Position numbers and translations under genes: made by a program. From Albugo candida (lineage: Eukaryota), in assembly GCA_040437565.1 (NCBI GenBank), contig JBDOQK010000038.1, positions 186,001 through 250,000 of the forward strand: 64,000 nt of DNA. Reading direction: 5' to 3'. The notes beneath the pieces were generated by a model, which was not told the origin of the DNA, did no database searches, and worked only from the letters and a program-made list of their open reading frames with translations. Below, in pieces: positions 50,501 through 62,143 of this stretch. The stretch's first letter is position 1. The number at the start of each line of letters is the position of its first letter.

Positions 50501-53500
50501 ACAGCTTTGGAAAGCTACCGTTTAAGATCCTTNNNNNNNNNNNNNNNNNNNNNNNNNNNNNNNNNNNNNNNNNNNNNNNNNNNNNNNNNNNNNNNNNNNN
50601 NNNNNNNNNNNNNNNNNNNNNNNNNNNNNNNNTCGCCATTAATTAGTACGGATTGCTTATGTTTATAGGTTACTTGGAATTTAGCGCAGAAGGATGCTTC
50701 CAATGAAGATTTTCAGGAACATGATACTTCACTGAATAATACCCCAAGTAGATATCAAACAAAAAAGGCGTATGAGGGAAGATATGAACTACTGAAGTAT
50801 CGAATTCAGAACACAGCTTTGGAAAGCTACCGTTTAAGATCCTTTCTCCTGGAAGGCAATAGCCCAAGTCGATAATTCGATAGCATCAAGTGTGCTAATA
50901 ACACGTTTTTCTGACGTAAGAAACCTTGCTAAAGTACTCGGCACTCTCAACCCTGCGTCATGAAATAACTAGTAACATGGTCCTGGTTCTTATAGGCGAT
51001 AATTCGACTGTCTTGTCGCCGAACGTTGGAAAAGCCAAAGTAAGTATGAATGTAGCCACACGTCACATTTTGGCTGAACTACTCAAAACGCAGAGTCTTT
51101 TGGAAGGATAAGACTCGAGAGAGCGCAAGTATGATGTGAAGCTCTCAACCAAACGCCTTTTATTACTAATCCATTCATCGAATGTGTCGAATGGGGATGG
51201 AAGGCAATGATCTCGTCGTGTCGGAATGCAATGTTCGAGGGAGCGCAGTTTGTAGATGAAGCAGATTCCAAGACGCGTTTTATTTGATCAAAATTTATTT
51301 CTATCGGTCTTGCCAGCGGAAAAAGCCCATATTAGGGGAGGCGTGGTAAATATATGTCTGTTTAAGTTTGAAGCAAGATCTAAATAACGTTCATGCGGCC
51401 AAACACTCATGATAGGATAGTGCAGTGAATTTATATCCATACAAATAGTGTAATGATATCCTTGACTCTCAGAGCACTTTTATCCTTCCAGATTGAGACA
51501 ACTAAAAGGCCTCAATTTCATGAGACAAAGATGTAATATTTTAGTAGGTACCATATAGAAGAAAGCATCGCCGCATCAGGTCAAGTTTATTCGTGATTTT
51601 AGGTCGCATCTTCGAGCACTGACGGGATTATTCTCCAGTGATTTCTTTCACGTATGTTTGGTAATAGTATGGCGCATGTAAACGCAATTAAGATGTCTCA
51701 TTCAAGGCTGCGACGAAAAAGAATACATAAACAAAAGTGGCGTAATTCTAACGATTGCGCCTGACAATGATGACAAACGCTGAGCGTCGTTCTTGGGATG
51801 GAATTGAAGAATTCTTATGTCATTGCCGATAGGATAGTGATTTAAAAATAATATTTTGATGGAACAACGGATCCAATTGATTTGGATATTCATAATCGAT
51901 GCTTCGTTGGTCATTCCTGCGAGTTTTGTGATGTACCTTTCGCATCATAAAGCAGCAAGTTTATCTCAAAGCTAGCTTACTTTTAGAAATTACTGCTTCA
52001 ATCAAAATATTGCATCGTCAAGCAGCCAGTGTTTGGTACGAACTATGGCCTGGTCAATAAGACACATTGAATATTCGGAAATCATTTGCTCCAACTTTTG
52101 AAATCAAGATTTTGATCGTGATTCCGAGAAACGGCCAACGAAAAGACTATTCTGCATAAACTTCAACAAAGCCAAAAATTTGATGCATCGGATATGGCTG
52201 AAGAAAACTCGCTGGGTCTACTTGACAATGAAGCCACCCAAGTACTCACTCAACAGTTGATCTCATTACTCGAAAATTCAAACAAGCACACGTAGAAGAC
52301 TGTTTCATGTGGGAGTACAAAGCAAGAAATATCAGTTTTTCTCGTTATCTCCCGCGAAGCACTTTACAAATACGACAAGAAACCAAGATAGCATCACGAG
52401 AGCGTTCTATAACGCAGATATGGAAAGCGTTCGAACGTTTATGACAACATCCCAGCCTCTTCAGAAAGCGTCTTCATAACTTTCGAAGATCTACAGCTTC
52501 GTGTTCTTGAAGGATGCTTCTAGGGTGAGCTCAGTTTTGTACTTTGAGGATGTATGGCCCGACATATATTTTTGCGCTCAGTTTCTGTGTGGCCGGGGGA
52601 ATCAGAGCAGCATATTTTTTTCGAATTCGAACACAGCACAGCTATAGCGGGAGCTATTTCCTCCCTGGATCACTTTTCTCATCCCGTCCACGTTGAACGC
52701 ATATTGCTGGTGCAATCGTTCCAACGATACGATTAGATTAAGAAGATTATCAGCAAATTGTACCAGATTTATGTCCTGCAGTGCAAGCGGTCATCTGCAC
52801 TTACTCTTGAACGACAGAAATCGTCGGATGTTCGAAAAACGCTGAGCCGCTCTGAAATTTCTAACTAATATAGTTATTTACACCACGTTTACTGCGCACA
52901 TTCGATACTTTTGCAGGTAGTATTACGATCAAAACGAGTGATTTCTGTTTGCAAAGGTGCCGGACCAACTCGCAACGCAACGATCATTTGATGGGTTTTT
53001 CAAGAGACGACGATCATTGCTGTGGCCACGGTGCTAATGCAAGCGCAACTCTGATGCTAGTTCTAGTGAGATGGCTACGTTCCACCGAATGTGGGGATAC
53101 CGATGTGAAGAATAGTAGTTTTAACTACTTTACAATTTTGACCAGCTGGATAAAGTCTGGTATGCTGACGGTTTGAGGCTACCGCGATACAGGATGACCA
53201 GTAAGAAGACATTTTATCATATTCGCACAAGTTCTTTCAGGACATGTTTTTATACATATATTTGTCATCTAAGATAGCCTAGGCAGCTAGAGAAGTCAGT
53301 TAATCTGATTCCAGTAATATAGACACCTTCAACTGAACCGACACGTTCAAGTCGAGTAATTAGGAAGTTCCAGAGTTTTATCGACGGTATGGAATGTTGC
53401 GATGATCCATGCATTCCGTCGTTTTCGACCCAAAACTTGTGATGTAGCGTTGTGTGAGGTGGTCGCGTAATCATTAGTGTCGCTTACAACCCAGCAGATA

Positions 53501-54305
53501 TCATTCGAAACATTCTCATGTACAAGCGATACGTGTAATGTTCAAGAGCAACGCATTGATTTGCCTTTGAGCATGTCTACGTGTCATTCTTGGAACATAG
53601 CGATCTACGCTTCTTTAACTGCTTTCGTTTAAAACAAATAACTGCATCGAGTTATGACATTGCACCTATCAGATCAGCTTGTGATAAGAACGGAAAGCCC
53701 GGCAGGTTAGTCAAATCTAACAATTAAATTACAATAACGATCGAAAATAAATCGAGTCGCTTCTCCTCGATGAGTATCGCATTCATTCTCACGTTGACCT
53801 TCTTGGAAGATCCGTGCAGTAGTCAATCACTATAGATTAGATCTCATTATCCCACTTACTCATACACACAAAGTAAATGCTCTATTGTGTGCGAAGCCTT
53901 TGCTTCTATGCGAACACATTACAAGTCAACGCATATTTTGTGTCCACCACACACTTTAGAAATGGTTTGTGTAAACACTCTAGACTCGGAAAACACCTTC
54001 CTGTTTTTAGCATTGATCACATAAATGAAGGCAGCTTTTGGTAGGAAAAAGTGAGATACCCCCACATCTGATTCTATGTGTGGCTTCTTGAGCCTTTCCC
54101 TCGAAGTGCTCAGCGGAAAACGCACACATCTGCATAGATCCCATCCCATCACCAATTCTCCTTTCAAGTAATTCAGTTTAAGCCACTATTCATCCTTCAG
54201 TAATAACGCACGCTCTAAAAATATCATACTATAATATAACCACGTCATTTTGCTATCATCGACAATTTCATCGCATTGTTGATTTCGTCGTTCATATACA
54301 CTCTG

Positions 54306-55165
54306 ATTTGGGCAATATTTGTCCAATCCGCCGTCGTCGTCGTTACTCTGTTTCAGCACGCATTCTGTGATGTCAAACTACTGGAAAATGCTCAGTTTAC
54401 TGGGCTAAGTATAAATTCACTTACTGTGAACGATGTTCGAATATGCATCAACGCCTTTCAAGCCAACTTTTTCAACGCATCTGCAATGTATCCGATCTTT
54501 CTTTCTGCCACCAGCATTGTGTGCAAGGTCATGATTCTCACCTCAGAGCCAACAGTCAATCCAACCCCGAATGNNNNNNNNNNNNNNNNNNNNNNNNNNN
54601 NNNNNNNNNNNNNNNNNNNNNNNNNNNNNNNNNNNNNNNNNNNNNNNNNNNNNNNNNNNNNNNNNNNNNNNNNGATGTTCGAATATGCATCAACGCCTTT
54701 CAAGCCAACTTTTTCAACGCATCTGCAATGTATCCGATCTTTCTTTCTGCCACCAGCATTGTGTGCAAGGTCATGATTCTCACCTCAGAGCCAACAGTCA
54801 ATCCAACCCCGAATGCTGGCCATTCAATATACTATATCACTACACGTACACCCGATCCACCTCCTGGTCCATGCAACTTGAATTTGTGTGGCGGAAGTAA
54901 TCAATGCATTCCTCTCATCCCCGAAGGAGAAACATGTTCACCATCGAAGGGATACCTTATCAATGTTTTGATCTTTGGAATTGATCTTGACCTTCCAACG
55001 AAAAAGCCTACTATCGACGATTGCAAAGCTCACTGCATGCTTCATACAGCTTGCGAAGGCACCTCCTACAACATAATCAATACAGAATATCAAATGAAGG
55101 GTCTCATTATTAACCTGCTACGTTTTGACGATATGCATTCCGCCTATGTGGGAATTCAGACATAA
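54306..55165 (+). pseudogene. Secreted PAN/CBEL-like family, locus J (open 205-codon frame after collapsing the 242-bp gap-plus-overlap, but the start codon is ATT)
   Basis: CTG-ATT-TGG-GCA-ATA-TTT-GTC-CAA-TCC sits where paralogues have ATG; FVQSAVVVVTLFQHAFC signal; RICINAFQANFFNASA...VCKV; DDCKAHCMLHTACEGTSYNIINTEYQMK. Confidence 0.8.
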
Positions 55166-56042
55166 CTTGAGGCCGTTTGAATATCAGTGTTTTGATATAA
55201 GTTGTTTTCCTCTCAAAAAAAATGTATTGTCCATTGTGTTTTGTTCCGTCACTTTTAACAGTAGCAACAAAGACTAAGCGAATGTAAATGAAAACCCTTT
55301 TTTACTATAGCCCACTTGAATCAGTTTATTTCTTAAACTATCAGCTAAGCTTTGTCAATTCTCCTCTCTTTGCGTAAAGCTGTCGTCTACTTCGTACAAA
55401 TATTTAGTTTACGAATATTATATATTTCTACGCATGAGTATTCGCTGTGCTACACGTATAGTCAGAGCTATCAATTACATTACAATCAAGCGTTCAAATT
55501 CGTTCAGGATCAGTCATTCCCACATTGACATTTTTGAGACCCCATACATGATAATCCGAGATATCATCTCATCACCACACTAATTACGATATACATAAAC
55601 TGAATTTGGGACTGCTTATGACGCAATTCATGTCTATCCCACACAAGTATTCGCTGAAATGTTTAATACACCAGATTACCGCACCATCCTATCTCTGTGC
55701 CGACCACACAACTTACTCATCTTCTGAGAGAGTTATAGTAAAAGCGCAATGCTGTACGCCATCTCCCAAAGCAAGCTTGATCCTGCTTTTCTCATAGCAC
55801 TTTGAGTCTTTCTCATGATGTTTTCAAACAGAACAGCCGCAATCATCGATTCAAGTGACATACGTACACTCCATCCCACCGCCTCTTTCTACTATAAGTT
55901 CCCGAGTAAGCTCTCCACATCCTTCCTCCGGTGAACACAAATGCCCCATAATAAATGATGCTAACAATATAAAACACGTATATACGCTCATCGATAACTT
56001 TAATCTCATCTTTTTAGATTCATCCTAGCTACATACACTCTG

Positions 56043-56620
56043 ATGATGATGATATTTGGCCAATGCGTGACACTTGACTTCCCACCATCACGCATTCAGT
56101 GATCTCGTCTGCTTGGATAAAATACCGAGTCTTTTAAGCCAATCAGACAAACGGTTGTGAAAGTGTATTTCTGGACGCAACTGTAATCTCGCGGAGATAG
56201 GATTCTCGAAACGAAATTATAAGCGAGCTCATAAAACTCACCTCTCAATCAAATGTTTCCAAAATTTCGCATTGTGGCATTCCAGTATGTCAAGACGATA
56301 CCAAAATATTCTATTATCCTTCTGTCTCGGTACATGAGGTTTTTATAGTGCAAAAGATCGATGTATTTCGGTCGTGGACGGAGAAGCGAAATGCGACCAT
56401 CGAAAGGGTTACACCGCATGGACGTCCGAATTGTTGAATTGATCTCGACGCCGTTAGGAAAGCGTCCACTTTAGGCGATTGCAAAGTTTACTGAGTGAAC
56501 GATGAAAGTTGCGTGGGTAGCTTCTACACCACACTCAATCCAGAATGTCAAATGAAGGCGCAGGTTTGAACTCTCGTATGTTTTTACGGTATCCATTCCA
56601 TGAATATAAAGTTTTAATAA
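56043..56620 (+). pseudogene. Secreted PAN/CBEL-like family, locus K (heavily decayed)
   Basis: MMMIFGQCVT...HAFSDL start; LGDCKVY*VNDESCVGSFYTTLNPECQMKAQV near 56471-56570; family upstream motifs at 55509 and 55837. Confidence 0.75.
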
Positions 56621-58830
56621 AAAGATTGTTGATCTCTGCTCGATGTCGTTGTTTCGATACGCCTGTTACTCTTTCAAAATCTAATATATTGCCAAAGCTT
56701 ATACAACAGTTACATACAGCAATTTCACAATGACATTGAGGCACTCAAATGAATTAAGACGAAGCAAAGAGTAAGCGGAAATGCTAAGATTATAACCCGC
56801 TTGGATCAAGTGGGTGAAGGATGCGTAATTTGCATTCATTCCTTATTCCACCAGCTAGCAGCTGGCCTTTGTCAATCGTTTGGACGGTATTTGTTCTTAA
56901 GCCGTATTTTTCCGGCTATTACATAAAACTGAAATTAGCAAGCTGATTACTTCAAATATAGTCAAATCTATCAACTAGTTCACAGAGTGAATTCCATTCG
57001 AGGCGCTTCTGTTCGATCAGAATCGTGATCATTCTCGCGTTAATATTATTGGATACTNNNNNNNNNNNNNNNNNNNNNNNNNNNNNNNNNNNNNNNNNNN
57101 NNNNNNNNNNNNNNNNNNNNNNNNNNNNNNNNNNNNNNNNNNNNNNNNNNNNNNNNNAAGGATGCGTAATTTGCATTCATTCCTTATTCCACCAGCTAGC
57201 AGCTGGCCTTTGTCAATCGTTTGGACGGTATTTGTTCTTAAGCCGTATTTTTCCGGCTATTACATAAAACTGAAATTAGCAAGCTGATTACTTCAAATAT
57301 AGTCAAATCTATCAACTAGTTCACAGAGTGAATTCCATTCGAGGCGCTTCTGTTCGATCAGAATCGTGATCATTCTCGCGTTAATATTATTGGATACTAT
57401 GCAAACCACTTCGATATATGACCTGATCATTATATTCACTATGGTACATGAATTGTAAGCTCGCTAGTGAGCGCTACACTTGCGAATTTCTGGTTTCGAG
57501 AGTATTTTCACATTTCATGTCCACCACACAATTGCAGTTCCAGAAGGAATGGTCAGTGTGAACACCCTAGGTACGGATTTGTCATCCTATCTATCTGTTC
57601 ACCACAGAAAAAAGACAATGCACGCGAAAGAGCAATATCGAAAGGAATTCATACTCGTTTTTAAGAGCGCATATAAGCCTTTCTCACGGTACTTTAGGCA
57701 CAAAAACGCAATCATCTAAGACATATACACTCCATCCCACCAACCGGTCACGTGATCATACTATCAATCCATCGAGTCGACCCTCACCATTCTTCCCTCC
57801 AGAAATCTAACAAGTACCGCGAATGCTCTATAGCTTATCATCCTAGCAATACAGAACACGACTTTACTCTCTAGACCGTCTGCTTTGAACTTATTTGTGC
57901 ATTTTAGCTTCAGTACAAATATTCCAATGCTAGCGAAATTTGTCCGATCCATACTTCTGACCACCACTCTTTTCCAACATGCATTCTGTGACGTTGTATA
58001 TATCAAAAACGCTTCGTACAACTTTATACCAATAGGTTCTATGCTGTAAGTGAAGTTCGCATATGCGTCAGCCTCCTCCAAATAAACTATCTGGGTGCGA
58101 ACGCATTCAAGCCGATACCGTTAGGGACCCAGACGTATTGCGTCTTTTTTAATCTGCAGTCAAATGTGACCGCCAGTTCTGAGTCGGGTGGAGGCTTTCC
58201 GATATATTATATAACAGCACCAAAATCATGCAAACATCATGATTCATGCCCTCATGATATTTGTTGTGGAAANNNNNNNNNNNNNNNNNNNNNNNNNNNN
58301 NNNNNNNNNNNNNNNNNNNNNNNNNNNNNNNNNNNNNNNNNNNNNNNNNNNNNNNNNNNNNNNNNNNNNNNNGAGCGCTACACTTGCGAATTTCTGGTTT
58401 CGAGAGTATTTTCACATTTCATGTCCACCACACAATTGCAGTTCCAGAAGGAATGGTCAGTGTGAACACCCTAGGTACGGATTTGTCATCCTATCTATCT
58501 GTTCACCACAGAAAAAAGACAATGCACGCGAAAGAGCAATATCGAAAGGAATTCATACTCGTTTTTAAGAGCGCATATAAGCCTTTCTCACGGTACTTTA
58601 GGCACAAAAACGCAATCATCTAAGACATATACACTCCATCCCACCAACCGGTCACGTGATCATACTATCAATCCATCGAGTCGACCCTCACCATTCTTCC
58701 CTCCAGAAATCTAACAAGTACCGCGAATGCTCTATAGCTTATCATCCTAGCAATACAGAACACGACTTTACTCTCTAGACCGTCTGCTTTGAACTTATTT
58801 GTGCATTTTAGCTTCAGTACAAATATTCCA

Positions 58831-59438
58831 ATGCTAGCGAAATTTGTCCGATCCATACTTCTGACCACCACTCTTTTCCAACATGCATTCTGTGACGTTG
58901 TATATATCAAAAACGCTTCGTACAACTTTATACCAATAGGTTCTATGCTGTAAGTGAAGTTCGCATATGCGTCAGCCTCCTCCAAATAAACTATCTGGGT
59001 GCGAACGCATTCAAGCCGATACCGTTAGGGACCCAGACGTATTGCGTCTTTTTTAATCTGCAGTCAAATGTGACCGCCAGTTCTGAGTCGGGTGGAGGCT
59101 TTCCGATATATTATATAACAGCACCAAAATCATGCAAACATCATGATTCATGCCCTCATGATATTTGTTGTGGAAATGATCAATGTATATCAACCATCGA
59201 CGGTGGTCCAAGATGCCTCAAATCCAGTGATTACCTCATCAACGGTTTATTTATTGGAGATGATTATGGCCTTCCTATGATATTGCCCGTGTATACTGCT
59301 TGCAAACAAATGTGCGTGGAAACTCCAGAGTGTGTGGCTTATGTATACAACACACTGAACAGTGTATGTCAAAGGAAGACTACAAGTACATTTGTCATGC
59401 GTCTTGACGATGTCTACTCGGGTGAAATCAAACGCTAA
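58831..59438 (+). pseudogene. Secreted PAN/CBEL-like family, locus L (single -1 frameshift near 58945; 5' part also at 57927-58272 across the gap)
   Basis: MLAKFVRSILLTTTLFQHAFCDV...GSML* shifts to VSEVRICVSLLQINYLGANAF...YCVFF...SCPHDICCGNDQC...FIGDDY...TACKQMCVETPECVAYVYNTLNSVCQRK...VYSG. The span of 608 nt is one base short of 203 codons. Confidence 0.88.
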
Positions 59439-60193
59439 TGATTCTGTCGATGCATATGAAGTATCAGGGCTTATATATAGATGTTTTTTATTCTACTTGG
59501 TGGTTAATCTTTGCTGCTGTGTCGAAAGTGTTCTGCCTATTATACTGATTTTATGTCAGACGCGTAGCACTACGACGTGTACGAGCGTTTTTCGTCAGAG
59601 ATGAGGTTATTGGTGTCACTTGCTGTGATCAGTCGAGTAATTTAAAGCCAAGTATAGGTAACTATGAAACGTTTCCATAGACACGAAGATCATATTTGGN
59701 NNNNNNNNNNNNNNNNNNNNNNNNNNNNNNNNNNNNNNNNNNNNNNNNNNNNNNNNNNNNNNNNNNNNNNNNNNNNNNNNNNNNNNNNNNNNNNNNNNNA
59801 CTATGAAACGTTTCCATAGACACGAAGATCATATTTGGAATAGAAAAAAGACTCATTCCTCTAACAAGTGCGATGACAAAACCCCTCAAATACAAATACA
59901 TATCGAACGATCTCAGCTCAATCGGGCGCCAAAGTGATCTTTAGCATCGCAATTGGACTTTTGGTACACGTGATGACAGGCAAGTCCCGCAGTTCTCAAA
60001 GCCAGCCACGTTCTTGTGAGATAGTGCGAGTGACCGAGAATGCGTTGGGTGGAATGCTTTAGTAGACAGAGTCTCACAGGTACTTACGACGGATTGAAAG
60101 AAACAATTTACGTCGCTTACAACTATTGGCCACGTCACATTCTTCCGCAAGAACGCTGTTTGCATGTGCATTCTTATAGCTTAAAACGACCTT

Positions 60194-60283
60194 GTAAATA
60201 ATCATAGTATAAATGTCCTAGTTTCTGAATACCACGTAAATAGTTATAGTATAAATGTCCCAGTTTCTGAATACCACGTAAAT
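60194..60283 (+). repeat. 42-bp tandem duplication (2 copies)
   Basis: ATAGTATAAATGTCC(T/C)AGTTTCTGAATACCACGTAAAT at 60204 and 60246. Confidence 0.9.
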
Positions 60284-60347
60284 CTGATAAAAAAATTATC
60301 ACTTACAAGGATAGTCACATCTTTCATGTACAAATCGAAATGATCGT

Positions 60348-60952
60348 GTCGCAGTCATTCTCACGATAAAATCCGAGGTTTTATACAAAAGGCTTATAGA
60401 TAAGATTTCGTCATGATAAACTCTACGAAAAGCAAAGAGTCCATCCGCAACGGTCGGATTTCGTTACGGTCCGTACGAACAGATCAGTCACTTATGGCTC
60501 CGTTCATGTGCACCACACACTATAGTCGTTACATGCAATAAATCTTGGGAACACCTTAGATAAGGAACACATCATCCTATTTGTGTGTTCCAATACAAAA
60601 ACAAAACCATCATTTCGTACAAAACTCATTCACAAGCGACGTCGCACGCCAACTGCAAAACCGAGATTCAACCTAATTCGATGCGACCACACCCTTTTGC
60701 ACTGTTCCCGCTATGTGGCGAGTACAAAATAACCGCAATCATCTGATCTTTCTTAAATACACACACCTTCTCACCGCATGATGAATTAGCAATCTGTAGA
60801 GTCCAGGCTTATATCTTTCCGTCGAGACAATGCGGGCTATCAACAGGGGCGCACTATAAAATATCTTATCCGCAAATAAAATAAGACTGTACGCTCTCCA
60901 CCGACTACGTTTATCTCAGTGGTTTGTCCAATCCGCGATTCTTCAATCACTC
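60348..60952 (+). pseudogene. Locus M: family upstream module followed by only a ~30-bp signal-peptide relic
   Basis: Motifs GTCATTCTCACG (~60354), AACCGCAATCATCTGATC (60731) and CACTATAAAA, then TTTGTCCAATCCGCGATTCTTCAATCACTC (FVQSAIL..), matching the start of loci C and J. Confidence 0.65.
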
Positions 60953-61521
60953 ATAGTGAAGTGAAATTCTACGAACTCGTAGCAATCAACGGATAAAACA
61001 TCCTACTCGTTCTCGTTGCGAAGTTCTTGGAACCGAAACTACAACCAAGCAGACACACACTAATCTCGTACTTTACATTTAATCTGTCCGCGGTATCAGT
61101 TGCTGCCATGTGGCTCTCTGCGCCATCTCTCCTACTTGTCTTCTTTTCTCATAAAGAACATTAGCTAGCAACGTGTAAAACAGTCAGAATCTATTTGCAT
61201 ACTTGTACAAATGGCTACTATCGTACCGAACTTCTCAAACAAAGTAAGCAAAAACCGCGTCCTATTTTCCATGACTTGCCAGGAAAAGCCAGATTGTATA
61301 CTGCGCAATTGATTACCAACCGATAGCGTGCCCTATACCAGCTATTACGTGACCATGACGAACCCAAGTGTACCCATCCATTCCTAACCCATGTGTACCC
61401 ATGTCTTTACATCCAGGAGCTTGTAAAATTCCAAACCATATGTTTGTTTACCACCCACGCATTTCGCGGACACAACTTTATCTCATTCTTCAATTTACTC
61501 TCAAGCGCATCAACCTTCACA

Positions 61522-62143
61522 ATGTTAAACTGATCGTTCCAATTCATTTCACTCATCCTTTCGCTAGCGGGCATTACGCCGAAACATGTCACTCGTTATC
61601 CTCCTACCTCGACCAAAATCACGAACCTGAAAGTATGCTTACGATGCTTGCAGACAACGTCTGCATGAGCGACAATGTCCTTTCAATGGAGGTGTTAGGT
61701 GCTAATGCATACAACATCATCGAAACAAACTCAGGTGAAAAAGTCAAGTGCGAATTCTTCAACGTGGACACTGATAAGGCAGAGGTTACTACTGGAGCAG
61801 GAAGCAGCGTTTACGGAAAACATTACCCGAAATGAATCCTGGTTTTACGACATTAAAGGGATGTAGCACTGGAAAATAGTGTGAGGAATCTGACATATTG
61901 GCTACACCTACTTGCAAGAATAACGGGACCATGGTCTCGAATGTGGCGTTCATCTATAAAGACGAATTTGCGTTCAGAATTACAGCGAGCCAGTCTCTTG
62001 AGAGTTGTATAGCTGAATCTTCGCGTCTATACATCACTTACGGTGGCATTACGAAACTCTGTCTTGAGACTGACGGATTTCATGCCGTCATTGCGGATAA
62101 TGGAATCAAATCTGGGAATCGTACAAGTAGGTTTGAGAAGTGA
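61522..62143 (+). pseudogene. Secreted PAN/CBEL-like family, locus N (stops and frameshifts)
   Basis: INR+FPR-like CTCATTCTTCAATTTAC at ~61482; MLN*SFQFISLILSLAG; ADNVCMSDNVLSMEVLGANAY...VKCEFF; SQSLESCIAESSRLYITYGGITKLCLE...IKSG. Confidence 0.75.

Larger units (their letters stand above)
1784..59799. other. Sixteen 100-N scaffold gaps, many with duplicated flanks
   Basis: Gaps start at 1784, 2339, 4419, 6498, 19179, 22003, 24283, 37158, 39799, 40853, 47434, 50533, 54574, 57058, 58273 and 59700. For example 1604-1783 recurs at 1884-2063 with one substitution. Confidence 0.95.

Noticed and set aside
8597-62143. RXLR, CHXC/CCG or Crinkler labels for the secreted proteins
   Set aside because: None of the defining motifs occurs in the expected position after the signal peptides; the CCG tripeptide in E and L lies mid-protein in the Cys module.
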